This document shows, piece by piece, positions 39,532-48,885 of a stretch of DNA of 64,000 bases. The stretch spans positions 64,001 through 128,000 of the forward strand of contig CAVTBV010000014.1 in NCBI GenBank assembly GCA_963733095.1. The letters are read 5' to 3'. This DNA is from Candidatus Bathyarchaeota archaeon (GTDB taxonomy: Archaea > Thermoproteota > Bathyarchaeia > Bathyarchaeales > Bathycorpusculaceae). The stretch's first letter is position 1. Every line of letters starts with the position of its first letter. Below the pieces are notes generated by a model. The model was not told the origin of the DNA, searched no databases, and saw nothing but the letters and a program-made list of their open reading frames with translations. The translations under genes and the position numbers were made by a program.

Positions 39532-40563
39532 TTAGATTTTAAAATTTGCTTTTACCGCTTTTACTGTATGCTCCAAAACAAGTGCGGCTGAATCTTGATT
39601 GGGCCAGCCGCCTAGTCCGCAGTCAGGACCGGTAAAAGTCATCCTCTCACCATACTTTTCTTTGGCAGCACGGTACCTCTTTTGTATGCCTTCTACTGAA
39701 TCCACTAACTGTTCATTGGATGGCTTGGTGATTCCTTTCTCGTAGAGTTCAGCCCAAATGGCATCGATGTCTGTTCTGGCGATGCCAACGCGGATTTGCT
39801 TGTCAGCTTTTTCGAGTACGCTCTTTGGGACATCTTCTATGTTCTTTGGAGAAGCTGCATATTCAAAAGATAATACATCGAGTCCTTTAACAGTAAGTAA
39901 ATCATGGATTCCTGAAGAAAAATGAAGATGGATCTGCCTAACTGGACCCTTAAAGTCATAGGCTTTCTCGAGCGTTTTCCGAATTAATTCTGGGGTGCCT
40001 GTGAAGCTGCTGTGTCCAAGGCTGGGTTCATCTATGGATATTACTTTGGTTTCTATGTACTTGCTGTTTAGTATGCTGTTTTTTGCGAAGCGGTTAAGGG
40101 TTTGGGCAAACCCGTCTAGCACATCAGGGTAAGCTGTTGCACCAACTTCAGATAGGTACTGTTCGATGGGGCCGAAGATTGAAACTCGTAAATGGATTTT
40201 TTTGCCAAACTCTTCGCTTAGGAGTTTGGCTTCTTGGTTTAGAACGTAGATTTCTGGAAGAAACGCCCTCTCTTCGTCGACGACAAAAGAGCCCTTCTCC
40301 ATAGCAGCATGGACGGCATCGCCCACCTGTCTTATTCCGCTAAAATGCTGAGGAAAATTCACAATATCTAAGCCTGTGCGAAGTTTTGTTTTAAAAGAAT
40401 CAACCACTATCGAGTAAAAGTTTCTTTGGATAAAATCGTCTTTTGCGGGGTCTTCATGGTTGATTATGGCTTGTCTTGCCTGTTCGTATGCTTTGGCGTA
40501 GGTTTCTCTTTTGATTCCATCAGGCAACGGGAAACTGCCAACATCGTCAACTAAAGTGTCCAT
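39532..40563 (-). CDS. single-barrel MetE-like (core methionine synthase / UroD-MetE superfamily) protein
   Basis: DVGSFPLP, SIDEPSLG, QIHLH and TGPDCGL motifs. Confidence 0.72.
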   Translation of the reverse strand: MDTLVDDVGSFPLPDGIKRETYAKAYEQARQAIINHEDPAKDDFIQRNFYSIVVDSFKTKLRTGLDIVNFPQHFSGIRQVGDAVHAAMEKGSFVVDEERAFLPEIYVLNQEAKLLSEEFGKKIHLRVSIFGPIEQYLSEVGATAYPDVLDGFAQTLNRFAKNSILNSKYIETKVISIDEPSLGHSSFTGTPELIRKTLEKAYDFKGPVRQIHLHFSSGIHDLLTVKGLDVLSFEYAASPKNIEDVPKSVLEKADKQIRVGIARTDIDAIWAELYEKGITKPSNEQLVDSVEGIQKRYRAAKEKYGERMTFTGPDCGLGGWPNQDSAALVLEHTVKAVKANFKI

Positions 40564-40635
40564 AAAGTATTATTGATTGGGGAAATTCTATTAAAGCTAT
40601 ATCCTACCAACAAACCGCTGAAAGGTATGACTGTC

Positions 40636-41061
40636 ATGTCTGAGAATTGTATATTCTGCCAGATAATCCGAAAAGAAGAACCAGCATGCATCGTTTATGA
40701 AGATGACCAAGTGGTGGCTTTTCTGAGTAACCGGCCCGTTAACGAGGGGCATACATTGGTGGTTCCCAAAAAGCACTACGAGAACATATATGAGATTTCT
40801 GAGGAGGAAGCGGGTTATCTGTTTAAGATTGCGAAACGGGTTGCGCATGCGGTTAGGGATGCAATGGGTGCTGAAGGCATAAGACTTGTGCAGAATAATG
40901 GGTGGGCGGCTGGGCAGGTGGTTTTTCATTTGCATGTCCATATTATTCCAATGGCTCCAACTGAAGGTTTCATTTATGGTAAGGCTTTCCGTGACCACGC
41001 AAATCCTAGGGAATCACTGGAATTGGAGAAGGATGCTGAAAAAATTAAGCAACGTTTTTAG
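40636..41061 (+). CDS. HIT-family nucleotide hydrolase
   Basis: CIFC, GHTLVVPK and HLHVHIIP triad. Confidence 0.95.
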   Translation: MSENCIFCQIIRKEEPACIVYEDDQVVAFLSNRPVNEGHTLVVPKKHYENIYEISEEEAGYLFKIAKRVAHAVRDAMGAEGIRLVQNNGWAAGQVVFHLHVHIIPMAPTEGFIYGKAFRDHANPRESLELEKDAEKIKQRF

Positions 41062-41214
41062 GAGCACATTAACATGCTGATTTTCAGTGATTAAAATAAG
41101 GGACTAAAGTTTATGTTAAGAGTTGGACAAGCAAGGGTTTTTTTGCCACAAAAATAGGCACATGTATAAAAGGGTGAAAAACAATCTTGCTCTATTCAAA
41201 AAGCTGGATAATAC

Positions 41215-41559
41215 ATGACTCAACAACCCAACGAGCAAAACAATAATAATGAATCATCCCCCAAAATAGAGAAACTTTTAATCGATGACCTCTCGAATTT
41301 TCAGTTCCATGCTGCATACCTTGTTTATGAAGAATCATTCGATAAGGTAAGTGACGATGATTCTAAAGAGGCATTAAACCAGAGCATTCAAGATTTGAAA
41401 GATAACAAAATTTCAGCTGAAACCTTCTATGGAAACGTGTCTCGCTATAGGAAGCTAGATGTTCCTCGTCAGGAAAGGTTTTCTATGCAGACGCAGCGCA
41501 AGAAGGATTGGCGTAAGAAGACGCAGCGTCAAGAAAGAATAAGACGACACAAAAAGTAG
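41215..41559 (+). CDS. hypothetical protein with highly basic C-terminus
   Basis: 114-aa ORF ending QRKKDWRKKTQRQERIRRHKK; followed by T-rich tract. Confidence 0.65.
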   Translation: MTQQPNEQNNNNESSPKIEKLLIDDLSNFQFHAAYLVYEESFDKVSDDDSKEALNQSIQDLKDNKISAETFYGNVSRYRKLDVPRQERFSMQTQRKKDWRKKTQRQERIRRHKK

Positions 41560-41717
41560 CCAATTAGCTTAATCCCTATTTCTTAATTTTGTTTTTATAT
41601 TCAGTTTGTTCTTTGAAAATAGGTTCTTGGCATCGTTAAAGTTTAAACACGTTTAAACAATCTTTACGGAATCCTTAATTGCTTGCTGAAGTTGAAAGTA
41701 AAAAATAAAATTAGAAG

Positions 41718-42473
41718 ATGGTTCATTTGAAAACTCAAGATATTGCCGTTACAGGAATCTGTGCAGCACTCTATGCTGTTGTTGGAATCTCGACAGCAAA
41801 CGTGAATTTTTTCGGTATAGGTTTCTTGCCGGCTGTGGTTATACCTGCCGTTTTCGCAGTGCTTTATGGTCCATGGGTGGGCGGAATCAGCGGAGCACTC
41901 GGAATCTTCATACGGGATATGTTTGTGCATGGAAACGCCGCCTTGAGTTTAGTAGCTGGTGTGCCACCGAACTTCATACTGTTCTTTCTAATCGGCTACA
42001 TATCATATCGAAACATTAGCCTAAAACAGGTTATTGCAGGAGTAATAGTGGCTGCTGTAGCATTATTAGCGCCCACAATCATTCTTCTTCCAGACGTCAC
42101 AGCCTACACTGGATTATCAACTGAAATATTCATCCTGTCTTTCGCATCAACGTTTATTCTAAGTCTTGTCATTATCACTGCGGTTGCAGTTCGCTGGAAA
42201 GAATGGCGAAGCTACGCAATCGCAGCGGTGGTAGGGCAAGCTGTGGGAGCAGGTTTACTTTCAATTACTGTGTGGGCAGCCAGTCCTCTTTTTCTATCTT
42301 ACTTTGGAGCCCCACTTTCTGCGTCATTAGTTTTTCCAATATTTGTTTGGACTTTCGCGACTGAACTTCCGTTCATTCTGCTTGCAGGACCCCCAATAAT
42401 TAAAATATGTTATAGGGCATTCCCCAACTTAAGACGCAAAGAAAAACAAGTGATAGGTATTGAAAAAAGCTAA
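41718..42473 (+). CDS. ECF transporter S-component (QueT-like)
   Basis: IAVTGICAALYAV, PAVVIPAVFAVLYGPWVGG; 6-8 TM helices. Confidence 0.78.
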   Translation: MVHLKTQDIAVTGICAALYAVVGISTANVNFFGIGFLPAVVIPAVFAVLYGPWVGGISGALGIFIRDMFVHGNAALSLVAGVPPNFILFFLIGYISYRNISLKQVIAGVIVAAVALLAPTIILLPDVTAYTGLSTEIFILSFASTFILSLVIITAVAVRWKEWRSYAIAAVVGQAVGAGLLSITVWAASPLFLSYFGAPLSASLVFPIFVWTFATELPFILLAGPPIIKICYRAFPNLRRKEKQVIGIEKS

Positions 42474-43392
42474 AGCCTTCGCACCAGGTGCAATCTCGAG
42501 TTTCTTTGAAATCCACGACACAGAAAACAACATGCCGATTGTTGATTTGGAGAAGATTGGTGCGGTAGGTGGGGGTTTTGGGCTTGAGAAGGGCGTTATA
42601 ACCACCGTATCTGCGCATGAAGCAGAAAAAAACAGCATAAACATTTTTATAAATTCTAAACCCGCCGCCCAAGCAAAAACCACAAAACAAGTAATTGAAA
42701 CCCTTCTAACTAAAACAGAAACAAAATATGCCATCACCGTTGAGCACAAAATCGAAGTTCCCATTGGAACAGGGTTTGGCACCAGCGCAGGAGGCGCGTT
42801 GACTGCAGGTTTGGCGCTTAGGGAAGCTTTAGGGTTGCCGCTGACGTATAATCAGATTGGCAAAATAGCGCATGTTGCCGAAATCCAATGCCAAACTGGC
42901 TTAGGAACGGTGAGCTCCTTAACTTTTAGCGGGGGTTGCGTACTTGTTGTTGAACCAGGTGCCCCGGGCATCTGCCAAATCGACCGAATACCCCTAACAC
43001 CCGATTACATTATTGTAGCTGGTTTTTTCCTATCAAACATTCTAACGAAATCCCTGTTATCTTCCCCTGAGAAAAAAAGGGAAATCAACCACTACGGACA
43101 AGAAACGTTAAAAGCAATCCTTGCCCAACCGAGCTTGGAGAATTTTCTCGATTGTTGCTGGGAATTCTCGCAAAAAGCAGGCTTCGCAACCGACAAAATT
43201 CGCAAACTCGTAGCGGCCGCAAAGAAGGCTGGTGCAGTTGGTGCAGCCCAAAACATGATCGGTGAAGCCGTCCACGCCGTAGTACATGAGGAGAACGCTG
43301 ACTCGGTAGCAGAGGCTTTTAAACAAACCTTGCCCCAACAACAAGTAATAGTCAGCAATATAGATTTTCAAGGTGCAAGGCTGGTAAAATGA
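42460..43392 (+). CDS. pantoate kinase (archaeal GHMP kinase)
   Basis: AFAPGAISSFF, PIGTGFGTSAG, AHVAE...TGLGTV, GAPG, QNMIGEAV. Confidence 0.88.
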   Translation: MKKAKAFAPGAISSFFEIHDTENNMPIVDLEKIGAVGGGFGLEKGVITTVSAHEAEKNSINIFINSKPAAQAKTTKQVIETLLTKTETKYAITVEHKIEVPIGTGFGTSAGGALTAGLALREALGLPLTYNQIGKIAHVAEIQCQTGLGTVSSLTFSGGCVLVVEPGAPGICQIDRIPLTPDYIIVAGFFLSNILTKSLLSSPEKKREINHYGQETLKAILAQPSLENFLDCCWEFSQKAGFATDKIRKLVAAAKKAGAVGAAQNMIGEAVHAVVHEENADSVAEAFKQTLPQQQVIVSNIDFQGARLVK

Positions 43393-43871
43393 GAAAATTT
43401 CGTAAAGTTGCGGTTGGCGGAACCTTCGATGAGTTGCATCGAGGACACAAGAGACTACTGGGTAAAGCCTTCGAAGTAGGCGACAAAGTCGTGATTGGCC
43501 TATCGTCTGACGAGTTTGTTTCAAAAATGGACAAACCCCACGCAACCGCACCGTACAATGAAAGGCGCAGAGACCTCGAAGCTTACCTGAAAGAGTTAGA
43601 CTTTGCGAAGCGTTCAGAAATTGTGCCTCTAAATGACCCATTTGGATTAACTATCTCAAGTAAAGGCTTGGAAGCTTTAGTGGTTAGCAAAGAGACGCAG
43701 AAAACCGCCGAGAAAATCAATGAAGAGCGTCAACGTGCAGGGATTGCGCCTCTAGAAATCGTTGCTGTGAATATGGTTCCAGCCGAGAACAACTCTCCGA
43801 TATCCACAACGCGCATACGCAGTGGAGAAATCGACCGCAATGGACACATGCTAAAAAGCATCCAAAGCTGA
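43389..43871 (+). CDS. coaD: phosphopantetheine adenylyltransferase (archaeal/eukaryotic type)
   Basis: GGTFDELHRGH, LVVSKET, ISTTRIRSGEID. Confidence 0.9.
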   Translation: MRKFRKVAVGGTFDELHRGHKRLLGKAFEVGDKVVIGLSSDEFVSKMDKPHATAPYNERRRDLEAYLKELDFAKRSEIVPLNDPFGLTISSKGLEALVVSKETQKTAEKINEERQRAGIAPLEIVAVNMVPAENNSPISTTRIRSGEIDRNGHMLKSIQS

Positions 43872-43876
43872 CTTCC

Positions 43877-44665
43877 TTAGAGTATTTCTCCGACGACATT
43901 GATTGGTTTAGCGATTAGCGAAGTTAAATCTTCGAGCTTCTCCCGGTCTATCGTTGCAAGAATTACTGTTGCTGGACCCGCTGACTTGTCCAAGTCTAAA
44001 CCTTTCACTTCATAGAGTTTCAGTTGTCTGCCGACACCGTAGGCCATCATTCTGGCTTCACTGGCAATCCCGAACCCTCCAACCGGCGAGATATCGTGAA
44101 CGTACTTTCGTTGAGACAGCTGGGTTACGTTTTTAAGGTCGGCAATTTCTCCTCTTGCCTCTGACGCGATGACTTCGTCTCCAACTTTAGGCTTGCCGAT
44201 TGCAACAATTAAGTCACCAGGCATAGTTTTTCCAAGTCTAAGGTCTTCTTCATTTGCAAATCCAACCACGGTTAACCCTGCACCTGTCTGGATCGTTTCA
44301 AAATTATCCTCTGTATTCTCCATCAATACCTGATTTGGGTCAAGACCTAAATTTCTAGCTTCACGCCGGATCCCTTCCATTATCGTGTTGCCCGTGGGGT
44401 CCTTTTCAACGCCCAAAGTAACAGATAATACCAGTGGAAAAGCCCCTGTTGCGGTAACATCCATTAATGCAACCCTTGCCAAGAACTTTCCCAACACCTG
44501 CCCATCCACTTTGACTTTATCCATATCCTTTGGACCTACCGCTCCAGAAGAAGTTGAGCCTGCGACAATAGCATGTCCAGTTGGAATTTTTAGGATTGAA
44601 ACATCACCTCTTCGGGTGTAGGTTATTTGAGCGGGCTTTACTTGGAAGACTATGGGTCTTAGCAT
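43877..44665 (-). CDS. AIR-synthase/PurM-like ATP-binding protein (alpha-ribazole kinase CblS-like)
   Basis: SSGAVGPKDMD, ARVALMDV.ATGA.P, TEDNF..IQTG.G.TVVG, SAGPAT. Confidence 0.65.
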   Translation of the reverse strand: MLRPIVFQVKPAQITYTRRGDVSILKIPTGHAIVAGSTSSGAVGPKDMDKVKVDGQVLGKFLARVALMDVTATGAFPLVLSVTLGVEKDPTGNTIMEGIRREARNLGLDPNQVLMENTEDNFETIQTGAGLTVVGFANEEDLRLGKTMPGDLIVAIGKPKVGDEVIASEARGEIADLKNVTQLSQRKYVHDISPVGGFGIASEARMMAYGVGRQLKLYEVKGLDLDKSAGPATVILATIDREKLEDLTSLIAKPINVVGEIL

Positions 44666-44807
44666 GGTCGCCGACGTTTTCTGTTAGGTGAATGTAGATG
44701 GTAAGGGCTTGGCGCATGACTTCTGAGCGGGTGAGGTTGTGTTTTTTTGCAAGTTTGTCGATGTCTGCGGTTAATTTGTTTGGTAGACGGACGTTTATTA
44801 TATCCAT
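44604..44807 (-). CDS. ribbon-helix-helix (CopG) domain; probably the frameshift-separated N-terminus of the downstream gene
   Basis: MDIINVRLPNKLTADIDKLAKKHNLTRSEVMRQAL; overlaps the next ORF by 62 nt. Confidence 0.75.
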   Translation of the reverse strand: MDIINVRLPNKLTADIDKLAKKHNLTRSEVMRQALTIYIHLTENVGDHAKTHSLPSKARSNNLHPKR

Positions 44808-45239
44808 AATAACCAACTGTATTACAATCTTAGTGCGTTCGAGCATGCCTTTTATTGTTTACCCTAAAGATTTGATTGCCACCTTGGTTTATTAATTTGT
44901 GCACCAAAGTTTTTTCGCCTGATGATTATTGCAAGAGGTTGAGGTTTTTTGAGGCTTATAGGGTGTGACGCGTTCTGGATGTTTTTTTAATTCATTCTCT
45001 TCCTGGATTTTTAGTTTCGATTTTACCCGTTTTAAAAATTTTTTAAAAGTATATTCATATCGTTTGTTAAGTTTAGCGCTTGATTGAAAGGTGTACTCAC
45101 AAGCTTTGCAAAGAGGAATTTGTGATAGTCGAATTTGATTTAAGGTAAATTGATTAATTTTGGTCTTATTTTTCTGTTGAAGCGGATTAGCACAAATGTT
45201 ATATGCATCATACGTTTACAAAAATTGGGAGGGTCAAAC

Positions 45240-46196
45240 TTGAAAAACAAAATTTTAGCTTTAAGTCTTCTTCTTATTTTAACAACAATGATGATAATTT
45301 CCTTTTCGCCTCCAGTGAAGGCTGTAGGTGAAGGACAATGGATAACCACCTACCAAATTGAGGATTCATCGGGGCAACTTTTGGTTCAATACGACCCCCT
45401 AACCAATACAACTAATACTTTAGCGCCAGTTTTGCCTGGAGCCGACATTAAAGTAACCTTCACCGTTAACATCATTGCACTAGGTGCAGATACCCTGAGA
45501 CTTTCCACCGTATTACAAAAATCCACGGCAAACCCCAGCGGCTACTGGGACCTTCAAAGCTCAACATACGATATGGGCTCCACATACAACCCAGCCGCAC
45601 AATCTACAACGTTCAAATGGACTGAGGGAACCTTTGACATGGTTCTCTATGGTAAAGTGCCAAACAGCGCCTCAAACGTCGCACAAACCATAAACGTTGT
45701 TAGCTTATACAGCGGGGCCGGAGGTTCTGCTATCGACCAAATAGTTGTGCAAGCTACCAGCGCAGGCTTAGCAAACTTTAACGTTCTCTACAATCAACAA
45801 CAAACAAAACTCAACAAACTCATTTCCGACGGTGTATCCCAAGGTTACATCGATATATTCACAAACGTTCTCAACGCCTCCAGAACAATAGCTAACGCAG
45901 GCGACGTCACCGATGCCATGGCTCTCTTGAACGGACTCAACACTACTAATGCACCAGTATCTTCAACGATGGAATCTTTGTTCCTACCGATAGTCGGTGT
46001 GTTGGCAGCCTTAGCGGTGGTGTTCGTGGTTCTGTTCCTTAGAATACGTGGAAAAGTAAGCTACTTCCAACTTGTAGTTGAAGACCAAATCAAAGACTTA
46101 GAAGGCTTAACACTTCGCGCATCGAAAATTGACAGGGCAATGTCCTCAAATCTTGAGTCCGTTAAGGACAGATTGAAAAGATTAGTTGGGATGTGA
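45240..46196 (+). CDS. single-pass membrane protein: signal peptide, extracellular beta-rich domain, TM, cytoplasmic coiled-coil tail
   Basis: TTG 45240 after GGGAGGG; signal ending VKA; TM LFLPIVGVLAALAVVFVVLFL; helical tail. Confidence 0.78.
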   Translation: MKNKILALSLLLILTTMMIISFSPPVKAVGEGQWITTYQIEDSSGQLLVQYDPLTNTTNTLAPVLPGADIKVTFTVNIIALGADTLRLSTVLQKSTANPSGYWDLQSSTYDMGSTYNPAAQSTTFKWTEGTFDMVLYGKVPNSASNVAQTINVVSLYSGAGGSAIDQIVVQATSAGLANFNVLYNQQQTKLNKLISDGVSQGYIDIFTNVLNASRTIANAGDVTDAMALLNGLNTTNAPVSSTMESLFLPIVGVLAALAVVFVVLFLRIRGKVSYFQLVVEDQIKDLEGLTLRASKIDRAMSSNLESVKDRLKRLVGM

Positions 46197-46199
46197 TAG

Positions 46200-48878
46200 G
46201 TTACGCGAATATATCAAAACAGTGTTCAGTTGATCGGGCTTGGTTCAGCAGGCACCAACATCGTTGAAACTTTCCTAACGAACAAGAAGACCAAAGAGCT
46301 GTTGGAGAACGACCTAACGCGTCTTTCTCTTTTAGCAATCGACATAGCTGACCCAGAAATTAGAAGCCTCCAAGAAACCTGTGAACAAATAACGCGGCAA
46401 ATGATTAAAGCTGGTATCCCCCGCGAGCGAATGCGTCTGATTGCTCAATCCGTAAAGTTCCCGACTGCCGAAGCAATGTTTGATTTTATCAACCAAAAAT
46501 ACGGCGAATACCTCGTAGGTGAGGGTTCGAAACTTGAAAACTTTGTTCCTTGGCTGCAAACCACTATGGCTATTCCACCAATGGCTGGTGGCGCAGGCAG
46601 AAGACGGGCATTGGCAAAAGCAATCTACGCATTAAATTACTATCAACTCGGCATCATCCGCAACTGCATAAACGCATTCAAAGAACAAGCACTTTCATCG
46701 ATAGTAACCCCGACCGTAGTTTTGGTCTATGGCCTTGGCGGTGGCACTGGAAGCGGGGTCTTCTTTGACTTTGCCCGACACCTTCGAAAAGTCTTGGGCT
46801 CCGGTGTGCCAATAATCGCTTTTGTCATTACGCCCTGTGGCGGAGATGACCCTCCAGCAAAAGGATGCTCAGCTTTCGTAGCCATGAACGAGCTTTCATT
46901 GTTACTCAACAAAGACTACAACGAATACGTCACTAAAACATTCGGCGAAGTTTACCGAAACCCTCTCAACGCATTAATCTATCTGCCTCTGTTGCCGGCA
47001 TTCTCGAAGGTTGGCAACATCGTTAGCGCCAGACAAGAAATGGATCTGATGGTCGTTGACTTGCTCTATGTTTTGATGGATTTCGACTTGGCGGACCTTT
47101 TAGGTGGCATAGGTACCGAAGTGGGACTTGGCAACAATTCTTCACATACCTTAGGCATGACAAAAGTGACGTATCCAGTTGAAGACTATATCATGGCTTA
47201 CAAGTTGAACTTTGAAGGAATGCAACTGCTGCAGGAATCAAGGAAAGAAAAACTTGACATCCTCGACGAAATTAACAACGTCATCAAAGTAGACAGCGAA
47301 ATCACCCGCGAACTCTTCAAGAACTACCTTATAAAAACAGGCACCTACAATGAAGAACAATTCGAAGAAAAACTAAAAACCACCATAAACAGCAACCCCC
47401 GACTTGAAGACGACACAATCCTGCACGTTAAAGGTACAGAAATCCAAGTCAAAAACTGGCTAGACGACATAATGAAGTTTCTAACCACCATAAAACTCAT
47501 GGGCAAAACAGGACCCATCGAGCAGTCAATCATAAGCTTGACCCTGCACAAAGACGGCAACAGAAAACTGGACAACCTCGAAGTCCTACTGACCACCCTG
47601 ACAAAAACTCACTTAGAATTCTCTGAGCGAAAAGCGGCAATCGTTGAACGGTTAAACCAGCTTATTCCAAGCTCACAAGTCTTCACCCTCAGACAAAAGA
47701 AAGTTCTAGAAGATTTAGTCAACATAGCTGAACTTGCTGAAAAATCGCTCACTATACTCAAATTCTACGACGAAACCCGATACTTGACAGATGCCCTAAT
47801 GCGGTACTACGAGGTTCTGCCCGAATGCAAAGCTGAACTTGAAGACTTAAAAGCCATCCAAACTGAACTTGGAACCATATACCTCATAATCCAACTCATG
47901 CTAAGAACCCCCGCTGACGAAGCCAAAATGATTGATGAGCACTTAACTTACATAAACGAAATCTTAACCCAGCGTATGCAGAAAAGAGGCAACTTCGACA
48001 ATGAAGTCATGAGAGTTCAAGAAATCAAGAAACGCAAAGAATTCGACAAAACCAAGATGGAGCGGCAAGTCAGAAAGTTCCTCAGCAGCAAACGGTACGC
48101 CAGAGAACAATTGCTGAATATAGACCGGGACCTCAAACGGGTAGAGCAAGAAGAGGCTTTTGCGATAGAGAACCTCGATAAAGTTGACAGCACAATCAAA
48201 CTCTACGAAAAACTGGCAAAACGCTTCGAACTCGTGTCTGCATACCGCAAGCGACTAAACAAAATCGTTGATTTACACCATGAATACAACGCCAAGATTG
48301 CTGAAATCGGCTCACAAAAACCATACTTTGAGAAATCTGCAGACTTAACTCAACGCGAGCAATTAAAAATCATATTCAAAATCCTCACCGAACAAGAAGA
48401 CACCCTTACCCGCGAAGTAATCTTCAAACAAATCCTCGACATGGACCACTTCAAAGACTACATGAAAAGTGTCATCCGCGCCTTCAAGACCCCGAGCCTA
48501 ATGGGCTTCAAACCCACCTACAAGACCGACTACATATGGGTAACCATCTCTACCCCGCCAAACATGTGGTCGGAGGACCTCTCCCAAGAAATCTACACAG
48601 CACTAGCAGGATACGTAACCAGTGAAGTCTCAAGAACAATCACAGTACGTGTCATAGAATCAAGAGATGCATGGACAACACGAGTCATGGTGGTCGGTGG
48701 ACGAGGCAAACCCGAAGACATGGAATCCTTCGACGAAATGCAACTACTCTACAGCAAATCAAGCGACTTCGAAAGACACCTCTCACGCTCATTCCTACTG
48801 GAACACGGCGTACATGCAGGAAACATAATCAAAGCATTAAATGGCATCGGCAACAATAAAGGCGAGACTAAGAAGTAA
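46200..48878 (+). CDS. FtsZ/tubulin-superfamily GTPase with large helical insertion (FtsZ-like 1/Tubulin_2-like)
   Basis: T1 LIGLGSAGTNIV, T3 GGAGRRR, T4 GLGGGTGSG (46737-46757), T7-like DFDLAD, C-terminal RVMVVGG strand. Start GTT 46200 or TTG 46230. Confidence 0.85.
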   Translation, partial: VTRIYQNSVQLIGLGSAGTNIVETFLTNKKTKELLENDLTRLSLLAIDIADPEIRSLQETCEQITRQMIKAGIPRERMRLIAQSVKFPTAEAMFDFINQKYGEYLVGEGSKLENFVPWLQTTMAIPPMAGGAGRRRALAKAIYALNYYQLGIIRNCINAFKEQALSSIVTPTVVLVYGLGGGTGSGVFFDFARHLRKVLGSGVPIIAFVITPCGGDDPPAKGCSAFVAMNELSLLLNKDYNEYVTKTFGEVYRNPLNALIYLPLLPAFSKVGNIVSARQEMDLMVVDLLYVLMDFDLADLLGGIGTEVGLGNNSSHTLGMTKVTYPVEDYIMAYKLNFEGMQLLQESRKEKLDILDEINNVIKVDSEITRELFKNYLIKTGTYNEEQFEEKLKTTINSNPRLEDDTILHVKGTEIQVKNWLDDIMKFLTTIKLMGKTGPIEQSIISLTLHKDGNRKLDNLEVLLTTLTKTHLEFSERKAAIVERLNQLIPSSQVFTLRQKKVLEDLVNIAELAEKSLTILKFYDETRYLTDALMRYYEVLPECKAELEDLKAIQTELGTIYLIIQLMLRTPADEAKMIDEHLTYINEILTQRMQKRGNFDNEVMRVQEIKKRKEFDKTKMERQVRKFLSSKRYAREQLLNIDRDLKRVEQEEAFAIENLDKVDSTIKLYEKLAKRFELVSAYRKRLNKIVDLHHEYNAKIAEIGSQKPYFEKSADLTQREQLKIIFKILTEQEDTLTREVIFKQILDMDHFKDYMKSVIRAFKTPSLMGFKPTYKTDYIWVTISTPPNMWSEDLSQEIYTALAGYVTSEVSRTITVRVIESRDAWTTRVMVVGGRGKPEDMESFDEMQLLYSKSSDFERHLSRSFLLEHGVHAGNIIKALNGIGNNKGETKK

Positions 48879-48885
48879 AACTGAC

